DNA of 64,000 nucleotides from Octopus sinensis (lineage: Eukaryota), in the NCBI RefSeq assembly GCF_006345805.1, contig NC_043004.1:27714001-27778000 (forward strand), in the 5' to 3' direction. Positions within the stretch are counted from its first letter, which is position 1. Every line of letters starts with the position of its first letter. This document shows, piece by piece, positions 38,782 to 50,685 of the stretch. The position numbers were made by a program, and so were the translations under genes. Below the pieces are notes generated by a model. The model saw only the letters and a list, made by a program, of their open reading frames with translations. It ran no database searches and was not told where the DNA came from.

Positions 38782-41700
38782 TTAATCCTATGTCTGGTGT
38801 AAAACAATTGTGATCATAACAATATCATATGTACTAATATTGTACTAAAGTGAATTATATTGGTTCTGAACATTTCTCACAGCTGTACAAAACAGTGTCC
38901 CATGTAAAAATCCTCATCATCATAACTACTGTCAACATTTTGTTTTACTAAGAAAAAATATGGCCATGTTTTTGTCTCCCCAGCCAGTTATTTTTGTGTG
39001 GTGGATATCAACAATTTTGAGAAAGTCAAAACCACAAATCAAATTTAATTCTCTGTTGAAATTATTTTTGTCTTTTAAATTTATTTATTTATTTATTTTA
39101 TGAAGGAATATCATCTTTATTTTTTTTGTAAACATCTGCTTTTTTTTTTTTTTGCTTTTTTGGGGGTCATTAAAAACCATTTTCTTATTTCAAGGTATTT
39201 TTGTTGTTATTTTAGCTAAACAGCTGCTCAAGTATGTTTTCGAAGGATGTCGTTCAAGCACAGTATCTATAGGCTTAGAAATGGAAAACCATGGTAAAAT
39301 AGGTTCCTCTTTAGAATGTTTTGTTTAGCTCTTTTTTTTTTTTCCAACTCTAGTCAAGCTATTGTGATGCTTTCAACTGAATTGGCTTTACATTGTTTTA
39401 TTCTGTCTCTTTGATTTCTCTACCAAAGAAAATTCTAGTGACGATTTCTCAGTGAAACTCCTCCCTCTCTAAAATAACAAAAGTGAATGCTGACTAACAA
39501 ACAATTAGCATCTTGTTAGATAAAGGCTCTGGAAATGTCATTGGCCTGCTTTATATATGCATCTCCTCCTCACATAAAATCTGTTGCATGGTCTGTTTTT
39601 ATTTATTTATTTATTTATTTTTAATTTTTCTTTTTTTCTTTTTTTGTTTTGCACTTCTTTTAGTTTTTAGAACTAAATTCTTCTCTGATCTTTTTAGGTT
39701 GGAATTCTTTGTAATTCTTGAATTACAGAGTTTTTAGATAATAATGCTTGAAAGTCAGTTATTTTCTCTTCCTCATCACACTTTCATATGAAGTTTGCCT
39801 AGGTCTATGAATTAACGCATTTTACCTCCTCCTGCTCTCCTTCATTCTCTCCCTTCCTCTCTTCCCCAGTTTATCTCAAATACTGACTCAGCCAGTGTCT
39901 AAAATTGGTGAATATTTTCTCATTTCTCCCACATTATCCTACCATCTTGACTGTCTCCCTTCGTTCTATGAAAACCTAATTAATTTTTGGTCTGTTATGT
40001 TTCTGATTCCACCTGGATTGTTTGACAATACTAGTTTCATTATATATTTAGATAATTATCTCTAGATTAATAATAATTGGGAACATTTCATTATATTTGT
40101 ATTACATCAAAATTTCTATCTAAAACCTATATACATCGTGTGTGTGTGTAGATGGAATTCATATACATTTGATAAGCATGTATTCAGCATTACTGTGCAG
40201 ATATCATGGCTAAATGATAAGATAACATGAATAAACAAACAGATGCTTCACTAATTAGAAAAGAAGATCAGTTTGTCTGTTTCTGTCCCTTTCTGTATTG
40301 CCCAAATAACAAAGGATATATCTTATGTCTCTCAGTAAACAAACTTTTACTAGTGTGATGTTTATAAAACATGTTGTATATGTATGGCTTCTCTGCATAA
40401 CATCTTGTGTTGTATTTGTAGTTTTTAATTTTAGAGGCTGTCAACCTTCTACCATTATGTAAATATGTTTATGTTAGCTGTAGATGAGTTACATTCATCA
40501 TCACTATCATCAGTGTTTAATGTCCTCCTTCCATGCTGGCATAGGTAGGATGGTTTGACAGGAGCTGGCCAGGCAGAAGCCTGCACCAGACTTCTGTGTC
40601 TGTTTTGACATAGTTTTTATGGCTGGGTACCCTTCCTATCACCAGCCACCCCCACAAAGCAGGCTGAGTGCTTTTTACATAGCACCAGCAGAGATAAGAT
40701 CAGTTTTGGCGTGATCTTTACAGATCAATACCCTTCCAAATGCCAACCACTTTGCAGTGTGGATGCTTAAGTGGTACCTGCACTGGCAGGGTCACCAAGT
40801 AACTTTGCAAGACAAGGAATCTTTGAGAGGGGAGGGAGCATTGGAGGAGGTAATCTTGCATCATTTAATGAATGGTTAGAGTATGATTGAGAGACTAAAA
40901 CAGGTGTCTTGCTGTAGAGAGAAGGAGAGAGTTATAACCATGAAGAAGGCAGGAACAAGTGTGCTGATGTAAAGGAGATACATGGTTACCTAACCAAAAG
41001 TAAGAGCAAGAGGGGGGAGAGAGAGTGATCAAGAATGAAGGCAGAAACAGGTGTGCTGCTGTAGTGGAGATTCCTGGTTACCCAGCCAGAGGTATGAGCA
41101 AATGAAAAGAGAGAGTGTGTGTGTGAGAGAGACAGACAACAAGAGTGAAAGAGAAAGCAGGAAAGAGATGGTGGTAAAGTGTCGGGATATACTCACAAGG
41201 AATGGAGAGCAGAGCAAAGATGGGATGGCAGAGTAAGGAAGGAAGAAATAAATAGTGGCAGTTGCCAGGACATAGCCCCTAAGAATGGAGGTCATAATAC
41301 ACATGGCCAGGAATTGCCAAGAGGCATGAGTAGGGAGTACTTGTTCTAAACAAAGTTGTTGGGTTAATTCTGTGTAGTTAATCACTGTTTCAAGCATGTC
41401 TCTTTTTAGCAAATTCTGAAATTCTAAATCTTCACTTCATATCCACCAGGAAGGTTGAAATGATCACAGCCACAAAATATCAGTTTAAAGATATTATTTG
41501 ATCATATGTCATCTGAAGTGAATATACCCAATATCAAAAGATAACTGTAGAGACAACCACAACAACCTCTGTTGAAGCAACCACTGCAATAGTTTCTATT
41601 AGAGCAATTACAATAAGTGGTTGCTTGTCAAAACACCAAAACAGCAACAACAACTTTTATCAAGATTACCCCACCTTTTATTGGCAAAACAACAACAAAG

Positions 41701-43416
41701 TCACTGTTATCGCTACTGAATATATTGCAATCTGTCTGCAGTTCATAGTTGTTATTAGATGTTGCGAATGTGCTGCAAAGCTGTGTAATTAAGGAAACAA
41801 ATGACATGTTCTATAAGCAGGTTAACCACTAACAGCTTGTCTCACCACTTATGTAATTTCCCTGATCAATTATTATATTTGCTTCAGTTCAAGCAACACA
41901 GTTGACCAACAAAACACTAAAACCCAGTACATGCATCTCTTAATGATGCCCATGCACTCTACTACTCTGTGTTATTGCCTTCTGATCCAATATATTATAA
42001 TTCTTTACAATGTTCTGATTAAATTAGGATGTACTAATTAATTTCAACCTTGTAGGGTTGGTAGGGCATTGGACAAAATACCTTGGAATATTTAGTTATA
42101 TTTTCTTAAGTGGTGACCTGCAGAATTGTTAGCATACTGGGTAAAATGCATAACAGCATTTCGTCTGTTTTCACATTCTGAGTTCAAATTCTGCTGAAGC
42201 CGACATACTGGGGTTGATGTAATCGACTTATCCCCTCCCTGAAATCGCCTTGTACCAAAATTTGTAATAATATTTAATTACATGTTGTTACATTCTGAGT
42301 TCAAATCTGACCAGGGTTAACTTTGCCTTTTATCTTTTTGAAGTCAGTAAAGTACAAGTAATGGAACCAACTGAAAATAAACTGTACCTTCCCTCACAAT
42401 GTCTTTGTCTTCAGTATTCCAACTTATTTCTTAACAAATGGCTTTGCTCTAGTTTATGATAAATTTATTTAATAATGTGAAAATTATTTACAGTAGCCTA
42501 ACTAATTCATGTTTATAAATATGTTTTGTGACACCAAATGTCCCAACTGAAGGAATAAAGCAAGAAACGTTAGAAGATTTACTTCAGACTGAGTTTGAGG
42601 TGAAGAACTATTAGGTTTTCATTTGTTTTTGAGATTGAGATGAAGTGTTAGTTTCCCTTTACATTGGTTCCTTACAAGGATAAATTCTTATTTCTGAGAA
42701 ATGTTTTAGAGTGAAAAGAAAACCTAACGTGAGGCCTGTAGGTGTGTGAACAAATACTTGAATTCCTTTTTGTCACAGTTGCTTAGGTTTCTTTTACAAG
42801 GAAAGAACCATAGGTCAGAGTATTACTTTTCATCACAAGATGGTCCTTCATCAAAGAATTGAAGGGTCTTGCAATGAACTTTAGTTATTTCTTTGCCTGG
42901 CATATTAACGTATTTGACTTTCAAAAGTCTGGCGTCAACTAGGACCATTGCTAAATTATCTCTACTACTTCTAGTAATTAACTATAATTAACTATAAATA
43001 CTTCATGACTTCCAATCCCCTTACATTTTGTTCTCTTTTGCTTATTACTTCCTGAAGATAATTCTTATTTCTGCATCTCTTATAAGTTTTGTTGTTTATT
43101 TTGTTGATTGTAGTAATACTTGTAGTTGTATAGTAATTACTAGTAGCAGTAGTAATGGTAGTAGTAGATTTATAGTTATTATAGTTGTAGTTGTTATTAG
43201 GGTGATGCACTGACAGAATTGTTAGAGCATCAGACAAAATATTTTGTGGTATTTCCTCTAGCTCTTAATGTTCTGACTTCAAATTCCACTTTGGTGTCAA
43301 AGAAAAAAAAAAGAAGTACCAGTCAAGTACTGGGGTTAATGTTATTAGCTAACTCTGTTCAAAATTGCTTACCTTGTGCCCAAATCATTGTTGTCATCAT
43401 CATCACCACCACCATT

Positions 43417-43448
<32 letters not shown>

Positions 43449-43687
43449 TTGGGTGGTGGATTTGGCAAAATCATTAAAACATCAGAAATTATATTGTTAT
43501 ATTCTGAGTTCAAATCCCACCAAATCTAATTTTATCTTTCATCCTTCTGGGGTTTATAAAATAAAGTGTCACTCAAGCACCGGTATCAGTATAATTTGAC
43601 TAGTCCCCCTACCTAAGATGCATCCTGCTATTTGTATGATTTGGCCATGTTGGATCCTGTGTATTGTGTTTTCTTCATGCAGCTGAG

Positions 43688-43900
43688 AGCTCATGTTGGT
43701 CAGCCACATGTCACATGGCCACAGCAAATGGGACTTGAACTCAGAGTATAACAATATCATTTCTGATGTTTTAATGATTGTTGGTATTTGCTTGGGTCAT
43801 TCCAGGCAATTCTCTGAACAGTGTCCCTGCCAGTCCCCATCTCTGGAAATACTTCCTCATCTGCTGTGGCCATGTGACATGTGGCTGACCAACATGAGCT
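43688..43900. repeat. Perfect 39-bp inverted repeat with 135-bp spacer
   Basis: agctcatgttggtcagccacatgtcacatggccacagca (43688-43726) is the exact reverse complement of 43862-43900. Confidence 0.9.
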
Positions 43901-46048
43901 GTCATCTGTTTTGGAGACTCAGAAAGCAGTAGGGTTATAGATGCTGACCTTTTCTTTTTGATTAAACAGTAAAAAACTGAGTTTGCAGTTGTATGCTGCA
44001 CACAGGTGAAGATAGTTACAAGGAGAGACGGTGTGAGAAGAGGACTGTGAGGACCAGTAGAATTAATGGTCATTGAAGCTATTGAGTTTGATGTGAGAGA
44101 GAGAGAGAGGGTTGGATGGAAGTCAAATAATTTTGGTGTAGAAGGCAAAATTAGAAGAATGTGGAGAAGAGAAACTTTGAGCTTGAGTTTAACACCATCA
44201 TGTAGCCCTTAGGTGCCTTTACTCATGCCCCCTTTATTGCATGTATTTAAACATATTTTCTGGTCTATATCAATTTCAGATCCTGCATAGTGTCATGGGC
44301 ATTGTTGTTTCTCTTCTAATTAAGCAATGATGAGGATGATAATAATAATTAAATGGACATCTTCCTTGCTGTCATGGGTTAGATGGTCTAACAGGATCTG
44401 AAGGGTCAGAAGATTATATTGTGCTCCAATGTCTGCTTTAGGGTAGTTTTCATGCTTGGATTTCCTCTCTAATGCTAACCACTTTATACAGAGTACTAGA
44501 CACTGTTATGGTACCAACCCTAGTGGGGTTACTTGGAGCTTGCAAGACTAAAAGGAGAAGGGAGGGGATGTAATAGTTCTTGAGAGGGTAATGTTTGCAA
44601 AGTGGAACAGAATTATTGTTGTGAGAAAGCATTAGTGGAAAGAGTAATAAAGTAGACACTATTAAGGGAGTGTGGAAGGAGCAAGAGAAAGGAGGAAGGG
44701 ATGGTGAAAAAAGAAGGGATAAAGTGGTAAGATAAGGTGGGTTGTGTAGAAGGGTCCAGGACTATTCCACTCTGTAATGGCAATCATGGGTGAAAGGTAT
44801 GATGAAAGGAAACATGAAAGAGGGTGAGATAAGGGTGGTGAGAGTCGTGAGAGAAAGATTAAAAGAAAGGTGTGAAGACCATGGAGTATTCTAGATGGGG
44901 AGAAATTATAGGGAGTATTGAGAAGGTGGTGAAGCTGTGGAGAGAGATAATGAGAGAAAATAGAGCAAAGGATGGGGGAGCAGTGGGGAAGTGCAATGAA
45001 AGAATTGAAAGAATGAAAAGATGGATGGTATCACAGAGGGAGGAAAGAAAAGAGGAGTATGAAGAAATGAATGGCGAAGTGAATGGTATATAAGTGTAGA
45101 CACCAACTTAAAAGTGCTAGAAAGTAAAGTGTGTGGGCTTGACAATAAAGATAGGTTTCAAGATAGACCAGTAAGGTTTATAGTTCTATGGCCCTACATT
45201 ATAGAGAGTTTGCTATATCAGTATCCAACAGACTAATTGCCATACAGGATGTTTTATAGTCTCTATTTTGCCATCACACCATTTCAGGTTCAAATCACTT
45301 CAAAATTGCCTTTAGTCACAAAGCAAAGACATTTTTAGGATAAAACAAAACATCATAAGTGTGTTGAATTAGGAATGACTTTGGGCTAAGCATTTGCCAT
45401 ATTAATTTTTCCTCAAGTGAAAGTACCAAATACTTTCTAGATGGTGAACCCATTTTCATTAATTTTATTCCCAATATGTGCTCCAGCCTGGCCTTACACT
45501 TCATGACTTAACTGAACTAAACAACTAACACTTTGATACTGTTTCTGCTGTTTCTAGGAATACCACATCTACTGCTGCTGTTACTACTATTCTACAACCA
45601 CCACCATCACCACCTCCTCCACCACTGCTGATACTTCCTACCACCACTACCACTCCCCCTACCATAAACATCATCACTACAACCACTTCAACCACCCAGC
45701 TACTGCAACTGTCACTACATTACTATCAGTCAATGAGGCCTTTGTGTGGTTACTTGGCTCACTAGAGATAGATAAAATTTCCTTCAGATCATATCCTACC
45801 ATCTTAGGAAAGAAACACCGGTGGGTTTTGGGTTGATTGTGTACCTAGTAGGATATAGAAGACAGGATTGGCATGCCTAAAATGTCTTCCTTGGACTACG
45901 TAACAACTGTTATAATCTCTCCTTTCTCACAAGAAGTTGGTGGTGAATCTAATATATAAATACTAATGTTAAATGTCACTGGTGGCAAAGCAGCACACCG
46001 GTTTATTTTAGAGAGATTAGTAATAGTAGCAGTGAGAAATAACACACA

Positions 46049-46050
<2 letters not shown>

Positions 46051-46106
<56 letters not shown>

Positions 46107-46107
46107 C
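46051..46107. repeat. (CT)n(CTAT)n microsatellite
   Basis: Visible directly. Confidence 0.9.
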
Positions 46108-46335
46108 AACCTGTGTCAGTCTTGTGTGTAAAATAGCCAGGAACTGAGCAACTTGATTATTATTATTCTGATCTGATTATATTTTTTATATATTAGTGTG
46201 TCTAGTGATGAGTGGATGTATATGTATGTGCCAGCTACTTCTACTGTGTGTGGGTGTGTGTTAGACGTGATAAAATTTAGCAAATCTTTTCATTTAGCTA
46301 TCGTTAAAATCATATATATATATATATATATTTGT

Positions 46336-46549
46336 CACCTAAATGTGGCTAACCCTTAAGGGTTGATGCTACTGTAGCTTGTAGCCCCAGGAAGACTTCT
46401 CCTCCAGCTGGCTGTTGACACACTTTCTGTGCCCTATCAGTATTTGCAAAGGGCACAGATAGTGTGTCAATAGCCAGCTGGAGGAGATGTCTTCCTGGAG
46501 CTACAAGCCACAGTAGCATCAACCCTTAAGGGTTAGCCCCATTTAGGTG
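46336..46549. mobile_element. Foldback MITE: 100-bp arms, 94/100 complementary, 14-nt loop
   Basis: 46336-46435 versus the reverse complement of 46450-46549 shows 6 mismatches and no gaps; left flank is (TA)n. Confidence 0.88.
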
Positions 46550-46669
46550 GAAAATATACTTTACGATGTTGTGCAGCTATTGTTTATACCTTGCTCAGAG
46601 ATTTATTATTACTTGTTTCCACTTTTTTGAGATCAGTGACTTTTCCTCGCTGGAAAAAGTATATATATA

Positions 46670-49600
46670 TTTGCATTGAGAACCACTTCCCATCGCCAAC
46701 CGGTGGTTGTCACTCTTCTGCGTTCAGCTGCTGTTGCTTTGTGAGTTTATTTGGTTAATGTTTTTTTGTTGTTGATTATTTGTTGAAATTGTTACATTTG
46801 AGCTCCTGTTGAAATTGAACGGTTGTCATCATTGACAAAAATGTTCGCCCTATGGGGCGGAAAATTGTTTTTGCACAACTTGTTGGACTGTTTTGTACCC
46901 GTTGCAAGGTTAAAAAAAAAAAAAATTCTGTCATTTTGACAAAAAATATCTACGCTTCTTTCTGGAATACAGAGGCCATTTGTAAAAATGGAATTAAACC
47001 TATTTTCAAATATTGACTTTCTGTACTCAAACGAGGACTTCCCAGCAATGAAAGGAAATAACCAAGTTTCTAATCAGGAAGAAAAGAAAAAACCCAGTTT
47101 CTCTACTGCTGTTGGTGGTAACTTTTGTGAATTGGAGGTGTCCAAGGAACAACTATTTAAGTTTAGAAACCTTATTTTAAAAAGTGGCAATGAAACAAAA
47201 CTGTTGCCACCACAGAATATGTTACAAAACTTAACTGCCAGAATGATAGTCTATAAGATATATAACTGGAAAGAGAAAAGAATTATGTCGGTGAAGAACG
47301 AGGTGGTAGAAAAGTGCCTCACCCCCATTTGGGGGAAAAATCACCTATGTCAGTCAAGGAGCAAGAAGCGCCACTGTTGAGGCACAATTTGAGAACGCTA
47401 AAACAGCAAAGGAAGTAACCACCCAAACATTAAAAATGAAGAAGTAATTTTGCTCCCAACCTACCTAGGCCGGAGAACTGCAAAAATAACTATAGAGGCT
47501 ATACCAGCTGGTTACGACATAACGTAGATGGTGGCGGCTGTAATTTACGATGCAGAGGAGGAGATAACAATACTCCAGATGAGAAAGAAAGACACTCTAA
47601 ACTGGAAAAGCCAAACACTTGAGATGGTGGTTCAAGCCTCAAATGACGTGCTTGAATCGAGGCCAGACCGCATTTTTATAGGGGAGGGACTGAATGCAAG
47701 AGTATTAGACGAAGGACGTAGACCCAATGTTTTAAATGTGGAGAAAAAGGGCACGTCCGGTTGGATTGCGAAAAAATAAAAAACAACAAAAAAAGACTGA
47801 AGTCCCTCCCCAAAAAGAAAGGAACAAGAAAGTGTTTGAAAGTGTCACAGGAAAAGCAGGAGAAAGGAACAAACAAAACGTAGAAAAAGCACAACAGAAG
47901 GAAGCCGAAGAGGAAATGGAATTTAGACAGTAACTTCACATAAAAGAAAGAAAGCCCGTGTCCCAGACTCCCCTTTCCTGACAAAGAAAACATCTACACA
48001 AAATGCAAGCTCACAGAAAAACTCCCCAGTCCATCCCCAAGTCGAAACCCAACACCAACCCCCACCCCTAAAAAAAAAAGCACTTGGAGAAAGGATTGTG
48101 AAGTACAATGAGAAAAATGAGTTTCTAGCGAGAGTATTAACTGTGCATCATAAATCATATATTCTTCAGCCAATACAAAATATGCCTCCAAATATACGGC
48201 CGGCCATCAAGGAAAGAAGCAGACCTATTTGAACAATCTAAAGTGAGATACCTGCAGTACATACAAGATGTTAGCCAAGAGATGGCCAACAAAAGACTTG
48301 GGCTTAGCCCAGCAGCTACACCAGTAGCTACACCTCAGAAAGGAACGGAGTGGGAGGTTGGTGAATTCGTGCAGCCCCTCCCCAAACTTGAAATGTAAGT
48401 TTCTTTATTTTCACCATGGAGATTAAGTTAGGGTGTATAAATGTTTGTAGCCTGGGGTCGAGATGGAAGCAAACTTGTCTCCTCGATGACCTCAGGTCAC
48501 TAGAAATAGATGTATGTGTGGTGACTGAGTCCAAGTTGAATGGGCTACAGGCGTTCTCAACTCTTCTAAATGGCTATGAGAAATTCATTTCTCCTAGTCG
48601 ATTGGGAGGCGAGGGCATGGTGGTGTTGTTCAGGAAAAGCTTGGATGTACAGGAAAGTACAGTCCTTCTGGACCCAGAAGTTAGGCTAGTCATCCTAGAT
48701 GTGACACATGCAAGTAAGCAGTCCTTCAGGTTGATAGTGGTCTATGCTCCTAAAGAGTGTAGACAAGCTGGTTTTTTCAAGACCTGGAGAGCTTTTTGGT
48801 GACGTCAAAAACTCTAGTTTTAGTTGGAGACTTTAACACTGTTCTTGACGCATGGGTGTATAGTGTTGGCTCAACCAATAGAAGGGGAAATACTAGGAAG
48901 CTATAACCTAGTAGACCATTGTAGATTGGATGAGCCGCTCATTCCACAGTGGATGTGGATTAATAACGACAGTTCACACAGATCTTATTTAGATAGGATA
49001 TTTGTTAGAGAAAGAGATAGGAAAACATTTAGTTGTCCACGCTTTTGTTGTGTCCTTTACATGGCTCACAAATTTGTGACGTGTTAAGTGTCATAGACAG
49101 GGACCAGGGTACAGGAAGATGAACAAGTCTGTTTTGACTTGTAAAGTCTTCCATATCCAGGTTAAGGAGTTAGTGCAGATGGCATTATGTGGCACCATCA
49201 TTAATAATAGATGGTGGTGCACCCTCAAGCGAGCCATTCGTTCTGAGTCTCTTAGATTTAGTAACCAGCTAAGTTTAGAGAAGTCAAGAATAGAAGGGTA
49301 TCTAATTAAGGAATTAGAAGAGGCTATGGAATCTGGCTCTTCATCCAGAATGATGGCAGTGAGAGTGGTTTCCTTCTGTCATTTCAAAGCCAAACACGAA
49401 GGATGTAGAGTCAGGGCTAGGTTACATGCAATGAGTAGAGAAGGTATTAATGTTGCCGAATGGGCACGTCATGTGGAGAGCAGGAGAGGCAGAAAAGCCT
49501 CTATAAAGTTTTTGATTGATGAGCAGGGGAGTACGATGCAAAAGGCTTTTCACCAACATTTCGCCCGATTGTTTGGGGGGAGCAGGTTGCTGGACCATGG

Positions 49601-50685
49601 GGAGTCCCTAAAGGACTTCCTTCCCGGCAGGCCACAACTCTTGGCACGGGAGACAGACTGTTGTGAAGGGTCGATTACAGCTGTGGAAGTCAAGGAGGTG
49701 CTGGCTGAATGTGCTGGGGACAAGTCGCCGGGGTTGGATGGTCTCCACTATGAATTTTATCGTAGCATACCAGATTTGTTCAGACACTTGCTGGCCTGCG
49801 TCTACACAAACTGGCAGCCGAATGGGAGGATTCCTAGTTCTGTGAGTCAGAGAGTGGTGACGCTGATCAGAAAAGACCCGAGCAAGGGAGCTCGTATTAG
49901 TACCTTTAGGCCCATAACTCTATTCAATGTAGAGTTAAAGATCTTCGCCAAGATGTTAGTAAAAAGGTTGACACATGTTATGGAGAAACTTGTAGGGAGG
50001 GTTCAGACATGTGCCATTCCAGGTAGGTCAATCCAAGACAATCTTCATCTCTTATGTTACACCTTAGACAGGGTGGGTAAAAGTACCCGGTAAAGGTGGG
50101 GCATCAAACCCACAGTCCAAATAAACAGTTTTTTGGTAACGTCAAAAAACTCTAGTTTTAGTTGGAGACTTTAACACTGTTCTTGACGCATGGGTGTATA
50201 GTGTTGGCTCAACCAATAGAAGGAGAAATACTAGGAAGCTATAACCTAGTAGACCATTCTAGACTGGATGAGCCGCTCATTCCACAGTGGATGTGGATTA
50301 ATAACGACAGTTCACACAGATCTTATTTAGATAGGATATTTGTCAGAGCAGTTTGAGATCAAGCGCTTGGTCTCTGCTTCTGTATGTACTGATTCTTGAG
50401 CCATTGCTGCAGAGGTTGGAGAGTTTGGAGGGCATCCCCAATGAAACCGGATGTGGTAAGTCTGTTTCTGCATATGCTGACGACGTCACCATCACTGTGT
50501 CCAATGTAGCTCAGCTACCTTGTGTAGAAGATGCAATCAAAGGATACGAGGTGGCGGCAGGGGCAAACGTTAACAAGGACAGGTTCATCGGCTTACAACA
50601 CGGCTCCTGGAGTGGCATGATGATACCGTCCAGTGTCCCACAACACTGGACAGAAGGTCCTGTTAAGTTGCTTGTGCTGTTTCTT
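46670..50685 (+). mobile_element. Tx1/L1-clade LINE, near full 5' part, inactive (ORF1 with zinc knuckle; ORF2 APE endonuclease plus RT), 3' truncated
   Basis: ORF1 from ATG 46988, with CFKCGEKGHVRLDC (CCHC-like knuckle) near 47727-47768; ORF2 from 48416 MEIKLGCINV...DVCVVTESKL (APE), DKSPGLDGL, FRPITLFNVELKIFAK and AYADDVT (RT); multiple stops and frameshifts. Confidence 0.88.

Noticed and set aside
41541-41792. Thr-rich open frame (VETTTTTSVEATT...) as the PLXDC stalk exon
   Set aside because: No polypyrimidine acceptor in the needed phase 0 (the tag acceptor at 41548-50 hits a stop) and no good donor; resembles local (ACA/ACC)n low-complexity sequence.
44600-45120. Long purine-rich tract with Glu/Arg-rich ORF (also 40920-41260 and 56100-56300)
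   Set aside because: GA-rich low-complexity sequence; the ORFs reflect composition only.
45558-45840. Open frame after tttctAG, rich in Thr/His/Tyr
   Set aside because: Derived from (CAC/TAC)n degenerate repeats running into a SINE-like head; no donor and no PLXDC similarity.
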